A stretch of DNA of 64,000 bases from Turneriella sp. Its GTDB lineage: Bacteria > Spirochaetota > Leptospiria > Turneriellales > Turneriellaceae. The stretch spans positions 256,001 to 320,000 of the forward strand of contig CBDIID010000003.1 in the NCBI GenBank assembly GCA_965279515.1, given 5' to 3'. Below, in pieces: positions 19,557-32,227 of this stretch. The position numbers and the translations under genes are program-made. The number at the start of each line of letters is the position of its first letter. Positions within the stretch are counted from its first letter, which is position 1. The notes under the pieces were generated by a model. It saw only the letters and a program-made list of their open reading frames with translations. It did no database searches and was not told the origin of the DNA.

Positions 19557-20065
19557 AAGAAAAAACCGTTGCGCAGCAGGTAACGCAGGATTTATTGCAG
19601 TGGTCGGTGCCACGCCTGATTGGCGCGGGTTATGGCCTGTTTTCAAAAAAGGCAGCGAACCCGCGTTGGCCTGAGTTTATTATCACGGCGATTGTCCTCA
19701 AAAAATACCGCGAAAAGGGTTCGTTCTGGTTTATGATTCGCCACGCCACGAAGGGCATGCGCAAGCATGAAATAGTTGCGGGAGAAACCAAGGCGATTCT
19801 CGCAAAGCTGATCGGTTCAAAGCCCGCCGACCTGCACCGCCTTTCAGGCATCTACCGCGGCGTGATGGCCGAGAAGGGGCCGGCGGTGGCGACCGCAGTC
19901 ATCGTAGAAATTATCCGCATCAGCAACATCAAGCGCACGCAGAACAAAAGCTGGCTGCGGCGCGAAGTAACGCCGGCTCCCTTAGTTAAGCCAGCGCATA
20001 AGAAGGCGGAGAAACGTCCCCATCACAAACGCAAGGTCCATAAAAAAACTCAATCCCACCATTAG
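19553..20065 (+). CDS. Hypothetical basic protein
   Basis: ATGA-coupled to the upstream gene; Lys/His-rich tail. Confidence 0.6.
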   Translation: MKEKTVAQQVTQDLLQWSVPRLIGAGYGLFSKKAANPRWPEFIITAIVLKKYREKGSFWFMIRHATKGMRKHEIVAGETKAILAKLIGSKPADLHRLSGIYRGVMAEKGPAVATAVIVEIIRISNIKRTQNKSWLRREVTPAPLVKPAHKKAEKRPHHKRKVHKKTQSHH

Positions 20066-20073
20066 GAGAAAAC

Positions 20074-21099
20074 ATGAAAGCAATACCGATTCGCCGCGCA
20101 ACCGATGCCGATTCACTGAAGATCGAAGAATGGCCGACGCCTAAGCCAGCACCCTATGAAATCTTGATTCAGGTAAAGGCCTTTGGTCTCAACTTCGCCG
20201 ATATTGTCGCGCGTAAGGGGCAATACAATGACGCGCCGAAATTTCCGTTCGTGCCGGGTTATGAAGTCGCGGGGATTGTCACCGAGGTCGGCGCGCAGGT
20301 GAAGAGTTTCAAGGCCGGCGACGAGGTACTTGCGCTGACGAATTTTTTCGGTTATGCAGAATTCGCGGTGGCCGATGAGCGGGCGGCTGTCAAGAAACCG
20401 AAAGCCCTGGCTTTTGCCGATGCGGCATCGATTCCTGTGAACTTTCTCACAGCCTATCACTCGCTCTTTGAAACGGGTACGCTGATGAAAAACGCCAAGG
20501 TGTTGATCCACGCGGGCGCGGGCGGTGTCGGTCTGGCGGCGATTCAGATGGCGAAGAACCATGGCTGCACGGTTTTTGCCACAGCCGGTTCTGAGAAGAA
20601 ACTCGAACTTTTGCGCCAGTACGGCGTGGATCATCCGATCAACTACCAAAAGACAGACTTTGAGCGCGAAGTGCTGCGCCTCAATGGCGGCCAGAAGATC
20701 GACGTGGTTCTCGACTCTGTGGGCGGCTCGTATTTTAAGAAGGATCTCAACATCATCAGGCCCCATGGCCGCGTTGTGGGCTTTGGCGCCGCGGCACTCT
20801 CTGACCGCAATATCTTTTCGCTGCCCACGCTGATTCCGCAGGTGATCAGCATGGTGACGCTGTCGATGATCGACCTGATGCTCAACAGCAAGGGGTTTTA
20901 CGGTGTGAACATGCTGCGCGTCGCCAAGGAGAATCCCGAACTGTTAAATCACGAGCTCGAAAAAGTTATGGAAATGTTTGCCGATAAAAAACTCAAAACC
21001 GTGATTTCACGGCAGCTGTCCTGGCACCAGATCGGCGAAGCGCACCACCTGCTCGAGAGCCGGGCGTCGACGGGCAAAATCGTACTGATGGTAGATTAG
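20074..21099 (+). CDS. MDR-family NADPH:quinone oxidoreductase (VAT-1-like)
   Basis: GLNFAD, PFVPGYEVAG, AGAGGVG and STGKIVL; RBS AGGAG. Confidence 0.92.
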   Translation: MKAIPIRRATDADSLKIEEWPTPKPAPYEILIQVKAFGLNFADIVARKGQYNDAPKFPFVPGYEVAGIVTEVGAQVKSFKAGDEVLALTNFFGYAEFAVADERAAVKKPKALAFADAASIPVNFLTAYHSLFETGTLMKNAKVLIHAGAGGVGLAAIQMAKNHGCTVFATAGSEKKLELLRQYGVDHPINYQKTDFEREVLRLNGGQKIDVVLDSVGGSYFKKDLNIIRPHGRVVGFGAAALSDRNIFSLPTLIPQVISMVTLSMIDLMLNSKGFYGVNMLRVAKENPELLNHELEKVMEMFADKKLKTVISRQLSWHQIGEAHHLLESRASTGKIVLMVD

Positions 21100-21133
21100 G
21101 TCACAGGGGACTGGATTGATTGACGCTCTGAAT

Positions 21134-21243
21134 TGAAGGTCCCAATCGACCCACAGGGAACAGGCGACAGCGCCCGTTTTCAAAGAGGAAGTCCGGTGAA
21201 ATTCCGGCGCTGACCCGCAACCGTATAGCCGGGAACTCTTGCC
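21134..21243 (+). ncRNA. Cobalamin riboswitch
   Basis: Core GGAAGTCCGGTGAAATTCCGGCGCTGACCCGCAACCGTA (21187-21225) and B12-box-like AGCCGGGAACTCTTGCC, upstream of a TonB receptor operon. Boundaries are approximate. Confidence 0.85.
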
Positions 21244-21331
21244 GACCCACCCCGAGGATACGGGTGTCTTGGCGAAACGCCTTTGAAAAATCTTTCATTT
21301 CACAGGCCAGCGGGCTCCTTTAGGAGCACAT

Positions 21332-22159
21332 ATGCGGATATTTAAAATCCTGAGTTTTTCGATCTTGCCGTTTTTTCTTTTTTGTGCACAGATCGGCAAA
21401 GAATCCCTGGGCACGGCCAACAACACAGTCACGGCACCCAATGCCACGGCGCAGGCAGGGGTATACCTCGCAGATACCGTCACCGAAGCCCCAGGGCATA
21501 CCGGTTCCGGTTTTTATGATAAGTCAAAAGCCGTCAATGGCGTTCGCGGATCCGGAACGGCATCGGGCGGCTTAGATGTGTTTTCGCTCGATAATACAGG
21601 CGCTTCCTCACACATCGTGCTCAGCTGGTCCGGCAGAAAAATCAAGAACGATGCGGGCGCGGATTTCATCGTCTACGAAAATCCTTTTTATTCGGGGGGC
21701 AATGCCTCGCTGCGTTTCATGGATCTCATTTTTGTCGAGGTTTCCAACGACAATATCAGCTATTGCGGTTTTGCGCCGGACTTTACCGGCGTTCCGGAAA
21801 GCACATATTCGATGAACCCGGCGCTTTGGCCGCGTTTTGCCGGGCGTGTTCCTGTACGCTATAATGTCGAAACGAATAATCTTTCGGTCAGCGATCTCTT
21901 CCAGGACAACGATGCTGACGGAGAGCCCGACCTGGGCGGCGGCGACGCATTTAATCTCGATGATCTTTCCAATGACAACTACTACAATACGGGATGCACA
22001 ACGCCGCTGCGCGATGACCTGAGAAGTAATGGTTTTCGTTATTTACGCCTGGTACCTGCGGGCCGGCGGATTAACCCCGGTACGGGTTCTGTGTTTGTGG
22101 TCGACGGAGTCTCCTTCGGGCCTGACATCGATGGCGTCGCGGCGCGCTACGTAGAGTAG
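21332..22159 (+). CDS. Lipoprotein, probably cobalamin-related surface protein
   Basis: Spirochaetal-type lipobox FLFC; DFIVYENPF and GGGDAFNLDDL; first gene after the riboswitch. Confidence 0.75.
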   Translation: MRIFKILSFSILPFFLFCAQIGKESLGTANNTVTAPNATAQAGVYLADTVTEAPGHTGSGFYDKSKAVNGVRGSGTASGGLDVFSLDNTGASSHIVLSWSGRKIKNDAGADFIVYENPFYSGGNASLRFMDLIFVEVSNDNISYCGFAPDFTGVPESTYSMNPALWPRFAGRVPVRYNVETNNLSVSDLFQDNDADGEPDLGGGDAFNLDDLSNDNYYNTGCTTPLRDDLRSNGFRYLRLVPAGRRINPGTGSVFVVDGVSFGPDIDGVAARYVE

Positions 22160-22160
22160 T

Positions 22161-24146
22161 TTGCCCTGCCTCCGTATCTTTTTCCTGTTGGGCTTCGGCG
22201 CGCTGCTGCCCGCTGTTGCAGATGATGCGCCGGTGCTGAAAAAATCACGCCGGCCGATACGGCTCATCTCGCGCAGCGACATTCGCTCCGCCGGGAACTA
22301 CCGCGAAGTACCGCTTGCCGACGCCCCCGAAGCCGCACTCTCTGAACGCGCCTCGGATGTTTTGCAGAAGCAGACGGGTATACAGGTCAACCGCGCCGGA
22401 GCGCCGGGAACGCAGAGCCTTCTCGGCGTGCGCGGCTCGAGCCCCGAGCAGGTGGAATATTTCCTGGAAGGCATGCCGATTCCAAAACCCTACAATGCGC
22501 CGCTGAATCTCGAAACCTTACCGCTGCCGCTGTTTCAATCCGTCGAAATATTTCCTTCCTTCATACCTTCGCATCTGCCAGCGGTCAATATCGGCGGCGC
22601 CATGAATTTTCGCCTGCGCGAAATGCAGGAAAATGAAATTAACTATCTCACGCAAAGCACGGCCAACAGCCTGTTGGGAAATTCCATCGCCATGGCGCGC
22701 ATTACCCAAAATTCGCTGCATTTTTTGAATTTCGAACAGAGCCGTAACCGCTATAGTTACTCCAACAATAATGGCACCACCGAAAATACCAGCGATGACC
22801 GCACCGAGCTGCGTCAAAATGAGGATTTCACGCGTCTGGGTTATACCGGTTTCACAAGGTTAAAGCTCGCTGAGTGGAAACTTGCGGCACTCGTGGATCT
22901 CAATCATTCCGACCGCGGCCTGCCAGGGGTGGAGAACCAGCCACTGAATGCGGTGCGGAAAACCGATGACCGCCTTTCGGCCGCGGTTTCAGGGTGCAGA
23001 AATTTTAGCGAGAGCCAGAGTATTACACTCTTCACCTCGCTGACCCTCGACCGTTCGGAAATTTACGACCCCAACCGCGAGCTGATCTTTGCGCTGAAAG
23101 AAAAATCTCAGTCGCCACAGATGCTTGCAGGTGCATCGTACGGTTTTCGCACCGACACCTTCGACCTGGGTATTCACGCGCGCGGAAAATACCAAACGAT
23201 CATTCTCAATGATGCCCGCATCGCCGAACGCGGCGAGGGGCAGGGCGCGGTCAACGCCGCGTATGACAGAAATCTGTTTCGCCTTGCCGCGCAAAGCAGC
23301 GCCACGTTGGGGCAGGACTATGCCGGAGAAAATGCCTTCTATGCTTCGGCCGCGAAGACGTTTCAGCAGCAGGGGGCCAGCGTGTCGGGGCTCGCGGCAA
23401 TACGGCCGCTGCAGTTCTTGGGCAACGACCAGGGCAAGAGCAACCAGGACAAACTGCTCGAAATCTACGGGCAGGTTTCATCTACCTACCGCGCCCCATC
23501 GCTCTATGAGCGTTTTGGCGACAATGTTTTTGTGACGCCTTCGGAAAACCTGCGCAGCGAACAGGCGCTGACAAATGCGGGTGGCATAAAAGGTTCGTTT
23601 CCGTGTTTTTTGTCGGTCGTCTGTTCGCTGCGCTCCGAGGCATGGCTGACCGGGGCGCGTGATTATATTCTTTTCACACAAAATTCAGCGCGCTCGATGA
23701 TTGCCGTCAATGCCTCCAGCGCGCAGATCTGGGGTATTGAGAACGAGGCGCTCTTTAACTGGCCGGAGCGCTTTCTGTTATCGCTGCGTTATACATATCT
23801 GGACGCCCGCGATTTCGGCAATATCCCGTATTACCAGGGGAATTATTTACCCCTGAGGCCCCGTCACCATGCTGTGGCAACGCTGACGCTATATTACAAC
23901 GCATTTCGTTTTATCACGACTGCCGAATACCGCGGTGCGATTTTCCGGGACCGTTATAACAGCTATTCGTATTACCTGCAGTCGAAAATTCTGGTGGACG
24001 CGGGTGTGGATTACATCGTGGAGAAATCGGCGAAGCACACATTTAATTTTACCGTGAAAAACATCACAGACAACCGCGATGTAGATCTCATCGGCTACAC
24101 GGTGCCCGGGCGGTATTTCCTTCTGAAATGGACGGCGCAGTTTTAG
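22161..24146 (+). CDS. TonB-dependent receptor, probably BtuB-like
   Basis: Plug motifs (GVRGS, YFLEGMP, VEIF), YRAPSLYE, VKNITD...PGR and a terminal Phe; riboswitch context. Confidence 0.85.
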   Translation: MPCLRIFFLLGFGALLPAVADDAPVLKKSRRPIRLISRSDIRSAGNYREVPLADAPEAALSERASDVLQKQTGIQVNRAGAPGTQSLLGVRGSSPEQVEYFLEGMPIPKPYNAPLNLETLPLPLFQSVEIFPSFIPSHLPAVNIGGAMNFRLREMQENEINYLTQSTANSLLGNSIAMARITQNSLHFLNFEQSRNRYSYSNNNGTTENTSDDRTELRQNEDFTRLGYTGFTRLKLAEWKLAALVDLNHSDRGLPGVENQPLNAVRKTDDRLSAAVSGCRNFSESQSITLFTSLTLDRSEIYDPNRELIFALKEKSQSPQMLAGASYGFRTDTFDLGIHARGKYQTIILNDARIAERGEGQGAVNAAYDRNLFRLAAQSSATLGQDYAGENAFYASAAKTFQQQGASVSGLAAIRPLQFLGNDQGKSNQDKLLEIYGQVSSTYRAPSLYERFGDNVFVTPSENLRSEQALTNAGGIKGSFPCFLSVVCSLRSEAWLTGARDYILFTQNSARSMIAVNASSAQIWGIENEALFNWPERFLLSLRYTYLDARDFGNIPYYQGNYLPLRPRHHAVATLTLYYNAFRFITTAEYRGAIFRDRYNSYSYYLQSKILVDAGVDYIVEKSAKHTFNFTVKNITDNRDVDLIGYTVPGRYFLLKWTAQF

Positions 24147-24148
24147 CG

Positions 24149-25258
24149 ATGCGCATCCTTGCTGTCATATGCCTCGGCTTCCTCACCGCCTGCGCCGACT
24201 ATACAAAACCCGATAAGCCCGACGCGCCGGCGAGCGGCGTCATTCTCGTCGCGGGTTCTGATTTTGCTACAGGGTTCATGAGCGCCGTTGAGCCCGGTTC
24301 GCTGAAAGTTTACAAGGATATCCTGTCTGTCTACAATGATTCGGTTTTGCGTTACGATGCCAGCGCGGCTGCGACGTATGTAGTACAGCGGCTGGGTTCT
24401 GATTCGGTGCGCAAACTCGATAACACTTCGGGGTATCTCACGCAGTATGAAAAATCTGTCGGCACCAAAATGAATCCGCAAGACCTCGTATTTCTGCCCG
24501 GCAATCTCATGGCGCTGTCGCTCTTTAACCGCAATACAATTGCAATAATGAGCCGCAGCACCGGCGCCGAGCTCGCCGCCATCGATTTGTCGGCCTATGC
24601 CGATGCTGATGGTTACGCCGAAATTGGCGCGCTGTATTACAACGCAGGCTTTATCTATGCGCTTGTACAACGACTCAACCGCCGGGCAACGGATGCGATC
24701 TGGCCACCCGTCGGCGACAGTTATCTTCTGAAAATTGATGCGACCAGCTACCAGGTGACACAAACCTTGCTGAGCCACGCGAATCCCGTTTCCCGCATTC
24801 ACTTCCATGCGCTCAGAAACTCGCTGATATTTGCGGCTCCGGGACGCTTTGCTGCAAATTACGCGCTCGACGGTGCCTGCCTCGAATATTCGCTCGCGAC
24901 GGGTTTGCTGGTCACCTCGCCCTTAACCGAAGTGCAGGCGGGTTATGAAATTGCCGATTGCCAGATCCAGAATGATGGCAGCGGTATCTTCGTCGGCTAC
25001 GATGCCAGCCTCAATAGCATCTTTGGCAGTTTTAATACCACCACGCATGCGGTCACACGTGTGGCGGCATTTTTATCGTCATCGAATGGCGGTTATTTTT
25101 CGCAGTTTTTGCTGCATTCGAACAGCAAGGTTTACCTGGCCGACCGGAATATTAACGCGCCGGGCATCCGTGTTTTCAGCGGACCGGTGTTGACGGAAGA
25201 GACATCGAAGGCGGTCTATACGGGATTGCCGCCTTATTCGTTGGAAGAGGTACCTTAG
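24149..25258 (+). CDS. Beta-propeller lipoprotein (YncE/BtuG-like)
   Basis: Lipobox LTAC; NPQDLVF, IDLSAYADADG and repeated beta blades. Confidence 0.72.
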   Translation: MRILAVICLGFLTACADYTKPDKPDAPASGVILVAGSDFATGFMSAVEPGSLKVYKDILSVYNDSVLRYDASAAATYVVQRLGSDSVRKLDNTSGYLTQYEKSVGTKMNPQDLVFLPGNLMALSLFNRNTIAIMSRSTGAELAAIDLSAYADADGYAEIGALYYNAGFIYALVQRLNRRATDAIWPPVGDSYLLKIDATSYQVTQTLLSHANPVSRIHFHALRNSLIFAAPGRFAANYALDGACLEYSLATGLLVTSPLTEVQAGYEIADCQIQNDGSGIFVGYDASLNSIFGSFNTTTHAVTRVAAFLSSSNGGYFSQFLLHSNSKVYLADRNINAPGIRVFSGPVLTEETSKAVYTGLPPYSLEEVP

Positions 25259-25347
25259 GAGAAAGAGGAGACGCAACGTTCCCAAAACGCGCTAACAAAC
25301 CAGAAGCCCCGTCGTTTGCGGCGCAAACGACCACGCGTTTTGGGGCC

Positions 25348-25833
25348 CTAGGAGTACTTCACACCCAGTTTGCGGTAAATAAAACCCAACAACCACGCCG
25401 GCCCGATCAGTAAGAATTGCAGATCTTTAAAGAAGGAAGGTTTCTTGCCTTCAATTTTGTGGCCGATGAATTGGCCGATCCACGCGACAACGAAGATGCC
25501 GAGGCAGACGACCCAGAGTGGCGCGAGCTGCACTTTTGCGACTTCGCGCACGCCGAACAGCATCGCTATCGAAATAACCGCCATGCCCAGGAACATCCAG
25601 AAGGAGAGGCGAAGGTAGAAAATACTCGCGAGAATGATCACGACGCCAGCCCAGTTGGCAACGAACGAAAACTGCGGCGGTACCCAGTTAAAGAGGCCTG
25701 CACTGGGAATGCTCGCAAAAAGGCCGAGCACCGTGAACAGAATCGTCGGCACGCAGATCCAGTGGATTAGCTTGTTGGTCTTGTTGCGGTGGCTTTCACC
25801 GTATTCATCGAGCCATTGGTCTACTGTTCTCAT
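25348..25833 (-). CDS. DUF962/Mpo1-family membrane protein
   Basis: YGESHRN...HWICVP and WIGQFIGHKIEGKKPSFF. Confidence 0.88.
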   Translation of the reverse strand: MRTVDQWLDEYGESHRNKTNKLIHWICVPTILFTVLGLFASIPSAGLFNWVPPQFSFVANWAGVVIILASIFYLRLSFWMFLGMAVISIAMLFGVREVAKVQLAPLWVVCLGIFVVAWIGQFIGHKIEGKKPSFFKDLQFLLIGPAWLLGFIYRKLGVKYS

Positions 25834-25880
25834 GGCTATGGCTAGCCGGCCAATGGCCGCCGTCAACTGAAATCAGGACT

Positions 25881-28031
25881 TCAGGTATTTTTCACCTTGC
25901 GGATCTGCTTCTTAATTTTATCCTTCGATTGCTGAATTTCCTGGACCTGGCGGCATTCTTCGATAAAAATCTTCTGCGCATTTTTGCCATCCGACTTCTC
26001 ATTTCTCAGCCGCACATAACTGCCGTCAGCCTGCAGCTCGCGCGCCGAGTCGGTGTCGTCGAAATAGGTTTGCAAAATATTCTTGATTATCTTTTCTTTG
26101 ACGGTTTTGTTTTCAATCGGAAAAGCGATCTCGACGCGACGGATAAAATTCCGCGGCATCCAGTCGGCGCTCATCAGGTAAATCTGCGGATCGCCCTGGT
26201 TATGCGCGACGAGTATGCGGCTGTGCTCTAAAAGCCGGCCGATGATGCTGCGCACGCGGATATTCTCGGAAATACCGGGGATACCCGGCCGCAGGCAACA
26301 GATACCCCGCACGATGAGATCGATCTGCACGCCCGCCTGCGAAGCGAGATAGAGCTCGTCGATCACCTCGCGGTCGACGAGCGAATTCATCTTCGCCGTG
26401 AGGCGGGCCTTCTTGCCCGCTTTGGCATTTTCGCTCTCGCGGCGGATGAGTTTTAAGACCAGCGATTTGAGGTTGCCGGGCGAAGTCGCGAGCTTCTGCA
26501 TCGCGGGTAGTTTCGAGTAACCCGTGATCGAGTTAAAGAGATGCGTGGCGTCCTGCGCGATGTCTTTATCGACAGTAAACAGGCCGAGGTCGGTATAGAG
26601 GCGCGCGGTCGAGGAGTTATAGTTGCCCGTCGACATATGCACGTAACGCACAATCTTATTCGACTCTTTGCGTACGATCAGCGCGACCTTGCAGTGCGTC
26701 TTGTAGCCAATGAGGCCGTAGACCACGTGCACGCCTTCTTCTTCCATGCGCTTCGCCCACTGGATATTCGTCTCTTCGTCAAAACGCGCGCGTAGCTCAA
26801 CGAGAGCAGTGACCTGCTTGCCGTTGCGCGCGGCGCGTATCAGCGAATCGACAATGCGCGATTTGGGGCCGGTGCGGTAGAGCGTGATCTTGATACCTAA
26901 AACTGTCGCATCTTCACTGGCAGCTGAAATGAGGTCTTCTACTACGGCGAAGGAATTGAACGGGTGGTGCAACAAAACGTCTTCACGGCGAATCAGGCCG
27001 AAAAGCTCTTCGGGGCGTTCATACTTCAACGGTGAGACGGGCGTAAACGGTTTGAATCCCACACCCATGAGATTCGGGTCGTCCAAAAGGCCGCGTAACC
27101 CATAGAGCGGCAACTGACCGTGGATGGTATAAACATCGTCGGCTTCGAGTTCCAGTGCAGCTTTGAGGCGTGCCACAATTTCTGCGGGCATCGTGTCGCG
27201 GATCTCGATGCGCACCGCTGCGCCTTTTTCCCGCCGCCTCAGCTCAAGCTGCACAACCTTCATCAGACTCTCGCCTTCGTCTTCTTCAATTACAAGATCA
27301 GAATCGCGCGTCAGACGGAAGGCATGCGCGGCATGCACTTCGAATCCCTTAAATAACCGGTGCAAAAAAAGCCGGATGATGTCCTCGATATAGAGGTATT
27401 TGCGTTTGCCGTTGGTTTCCGATACGAGGAAAAGGCGGGGTAGCAGCGCCGGAATCTGCACCACGGCAAAATAATCCGGGCCGTCGTTTTTCCCTTTGCG
27501 TTTCAGCGTTACGGCAAGATTGATACTGCGATTGGAAAGGCGTGGAAACGGATGCCCCATGTCGATAGCCAGCGGCGTGAGAATCGGAAAAATTTCATTG
27601 TCGAAATAACGCCGCACATTTCCCAGCTCTCCGGCGCTGAGGGCCGAGGTTGAAATCATCTCAATCCCAAGCTCTTTAATGGCGGGTAAAAGAGTGTCGG
27701 TAAGCAGGCTGACGGCTTTGGCAATATAATCGACGACAGCGCCGTTGATCCTTTTCAGAACCTCGTGCACCTGCATGCCGTCGGCGTTTTCGGCGTCGAT
27801 ATCGTTATAGAGTTTCTGTTTGAGGCCCGCGACGCGCACCATGAAAAATTCGTCGAGGTTAGATTCCGTGATGAGCAGAAAGCGCAGGCGTTCGAGCAAT
27901 GGATTCGCGGCATCGTTGGCTTCTTCGAGCACGCGCTCGTTGAATTTCAGCCACGACAATTCGCGGTTGATATAGTGTTCTGGTGAAAAGGAAGTTTTTT
28001 TTGATTTTTCTGTGTTCATCGTGGTTGCCAT
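25881..28031 (-). CDS. ppk1: Polyphosphate kinase 1
   Basis: NRELSWLKFNERVL, NLDEFFMVRVAGL, LHHPF, KTHCK, TGNYN and SADWMPRN. Confidence 0.97.
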   Translation of the reverse strand: MATTMNTEKSKKTSFSPEHYINRELSWLKFNERVLEEANDAANPLLERLRFLLITESNLDEFFMVRVAGLKQKLYNDIDAENADGMQVHEVLKRINGAVVDYIAKAVSLLTDTLLPAIKELGIEMISTSALSAGELGNVRRYFDNEIFPILTPLAIDMGHPFPRLSNRSINLAVTLKRKGKNDGPDYFAVVQIPALLPRLFLVSETNGKRKYLYIEDIIRLFLHRLFKGFEVHAAHAFRLTRDSDLVIEEDEGESLMKVVQLELRRREKGAAVRIEIRDTMPAEIVARLKAALELEADDVYTIHGQLPLYGLRGLLDDPNLMGVGFKPFTPVSPLKYERPEELFGLIRREDVLLHHPFNSFAVVEDLISAASEDATVLGIKITLYRTGPKSRIVDSLIRAARNGKQVTALVELRARFDEETNIQWAKRMEEEGVHVVYGLIGYKTHCKVALIVRKESNKIVRYVHMSTGNYNSSTARLYTDLGLFTVDKDIAQDATHLFNSITGYSKLPAMQKLATSPGNLKSLVLKLIRRESENAKAGKKARLTAKMNSLVDREVIDELYLASQAGVQIDLIVRGICCLRPGIPGISENIRVRSIIGRLLEHSRILVAHNQGDPQIYLMSADWMPRNFIRRVEIAFPIENKTVKEKIIKNILQTYFDDTDSARELQADGSYVRLRNEKSDGKNAQKIFIEECRQVQEIQQSKDKIKKQIRKVKNT

Positions 28032-29503
28032 CAGGCGCGGCTCGGCCTCCAGGTACCGTGGAAGCCGTACGGAATGCGGTGCGGCACGGCGATCTCGCAT
28101 AACGGTTTTTTATCGATGCGCGCCGCATCGTAGATGGCGAGGTATGAGCTGTTCTTTTTGCTGTCGAAGATGATGTTTAAGAGATAGCCCTTTCTCTGGC
28201 CGGGTTTTCCCGTCGGGATAAAAAGCGGTTCCCCGCCATAATGCCCAGGGGGAAATTCACTTATATCTACTCTGGCCTTACCCCTGGAGATCTCGAAAAC
28301 GGCCTGGCTGTCGAAGAGCCCTCCCGGAGTCGGGTTCCTTGCGGCACCGGCAAAGACATCCGCATACTTTTCACCCGTGAGGCGGGGATCAATCACGGGA
28401 AACTCGGCAAAATATTCGGTTGAAAGCGGCGTCTCCTCGGTTTTGCCGGTGACGAGATCGAGGCGAAAGCGTGTCAGCGTCCCGTTATTTTTCCGCTCAA
28501 AGAGCTCCGCGCGGTTTGCCGCATCATCACCCATGAGCGGCAGACTGTCGTAACGCACGGCGTCGATGAGGATAGCCTTGCCGTCTTCGTAGGCGTTTGC
28601 GTAATGATAGGCATAACACGCTTTGGGTAGGTCAAATTTCCGGATCGTCTCTTTATCACCCGCTTTGGCGATTACGTAAATGTATGCACCCTTTTCGGGC
28701 TGCCATTCGGCGATGCGGCCGCGGAAGATTGATTTCAACGAAGCCACCGCGGGGAAAACCGGTAGTACCGCATAATTGCGCGTGATGACAAAATCATGCA
28801 CCATCGCGTGGTAGGGGATGTCGATTGCCGTGCGCATCATGAGCTTACCGGAGGGATTGATGACAAAATACTCGAGTTTTGGTTCGCCACTGACACGGTA
28901 GCCGAAGGCATAGAGATAACCCGTCGCCGGATCGATTTTTGGGTGCGCCGTAAACGGCGCGATAAAGCCGGTATCGAAATTCTCAAAGCCGATTGTTTCC
29001 AGTGTCGAAGGGTTGATCTTCATCGGCGGGCTCGATTCGACCAGCGCATAGAGCTCGTCGCGGAAGGCCACGACAGAGGTATTCGATTTGGCGATCAGCT
29101 TTGTATAGACGTCGGCGTTTCGGTGTTTGATGAGCCCGCCCATTAGCGAGAAAAAACTTCCGCTGATCAGGGACAGCTGCGCCATAGGGTTAATCCCACC
29201 ACCCAAAAAGAACGTCCGTTTTGCACGCCGCTCGATCTCGAGCGTCGGCGTGATTACATAACGATTGCGATAGCTGACAGCACCGCGTTTGAAATGGAAG
29301 GAGTGCACCATGCCGTCGCCGAAAAACCAGTGGTAATTCGCACCCGGCTTCTGGGCAGAGTTAGGCCCGTTGCGGAAAAAACCGCCGTTCAAATCCTTGG
29401 GAATTTTACCGCGGACCTCGAAGTCACTGTTTTCGCTGAGCGTGAATTCCTTGTCGATCGGTGCAAAATTACCCTCGAGAAAAACATTCGAAGGCTTAGA
29501 CAT
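28031..29503 (-). CDS. Carotenoid oxygenase (RPE65/LSD) family dioxygenase
   Basis: GNFAP, RNGPN, HWFFGDGMVH, TAHPKIDP, MVHDF, HYANAYE, EFP, GEPLF and PYGFHG. Confidence 0.93.
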   Translation of the reverse strand: MSKPSNVFLEGNFAPIDKEFTLSENSDFEVRGKIPKDLNGGFFRNGPNSAQKPGANYHWFFGDGMVHSFHFKRGAVSYRNRYVITPTLEIERRAKRTFFLGGGINPMAQLSLISGSFFSLMGGLIKHRNADVYTKLIAKSNTSVVAFRDELYALVESSPPMKINPSTLETIGFENFDTGFIAPFTAHPKIDPATGYLYAFGYRVSGEPKLEYFVINPSGKLMMRTAIDIPYHAMVHDFVITRNYAVLPVFPAVASLKSIFRGRIAEWQPEKGAYIYVIAKAGDKETIRKFDLPKACYAYHYANAYEDGKAILIDAVRYDSLPLMGDDAANRAELFERKNNGTLTRFRLDLVTGKTEETPLSTEYFAEFPVIDPRLTGEKYADVFAGAARNPTPGGLFDSQAVFEISRGKARVDISEFPPGHYGGEPLFIPTGKPGQRKGYLLNIIFDSKKNSSYLAIYDAARIDKKPLCEIAVPHRIPYGFHGTWRPSRA

Positions 29504-29632
29504 ACCATGCGCGTGCGGAGCATCCGTCGGCGCGTCGATTGATTTACTATCCAGAATTCCCGATTCGCTTGAAAAAAACATTTCGTTCGATGACGAAATA
29601 CCAGAGCGAGGAGGGGTGTCGAGAGGAATTGC

Positions 29633-29702
29633 GCCCCACCCCTAACCCCTCCCCAAGTCTGGGGAGGGGAATTTCTTGCTCCCTTCCCCCAGGCATGGGG
29701 CG
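29633..29702. repeat. Degenerate REP-like element related to 1289-1409
   Basis: CCCCACCCCTAACCCCTCCCC-AAGTCT-GGGGAGGGG hairpin followed by CTCCCTTCCCCC...GGGG. Confidence 0.65.
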
Positions 29703-29737
29703 AAACTAATTGAACCGCTGTTCGACTTCCCGGATGA

Positions 29738-31771
<2,034 letters not shown>

Positions 31772-31856
31772 GATCGGGTGCCGATACTGAATTGTATCCG
31801 AAGGCCGTCGAAATAGGTTGACGGCGCCGGCAAAGCAAGACTTATTGGGGAGCAGC

Positions 31857-32213
31857 ATGTCAGACAAGCTGATTTACGACGCGAAGGAACCGCTGCAGAT
31901 TGCGGGTGGAAGGCCGGTTTCCGACGCCTTTCTAAACCAATTTTATGGAACCGTCAGTCTTTCGCAGATCCAGCGGTTTGAAAAGCTCTACCGCGACCGC
32001 AAAACCGAGGTGGAAATTATCGGCATGACGCCCGCGCAGTTCATCGTCCAGATCAATAACTCCTTCACCCGGCACCAGGAGCACCGTCGCCTAGATGCCT
32101 TTTTGCCGATGGACGACAAGGGACTGAAATACGTACTAGACTTCCTCGAGGAATCCATTACCTCGGTGGCCAAAGAAGTGCAGAAAAAAGCGGCGAAGAG
32201 TCTCATCCGCTGA
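31857..32213 (+). CDS. Hypothetical protein
   Basis: RBS GGGAG before the ATG; host-like codon usage. Confidence 0.65.
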   Translation: MSDKLIYDAKEPLQIAGGRPVSDAFLNQFYGTVSLSQIQRFEKLYRDRKTEVEIIGMTPAQFIVQINNSFTRHQEHRRLDAFLPMDDKGLKYVLDFLEESITSVAKEVQKKAAKSLIR

Positions 32214-32227
32214 ATTTAAGGAGTCCT

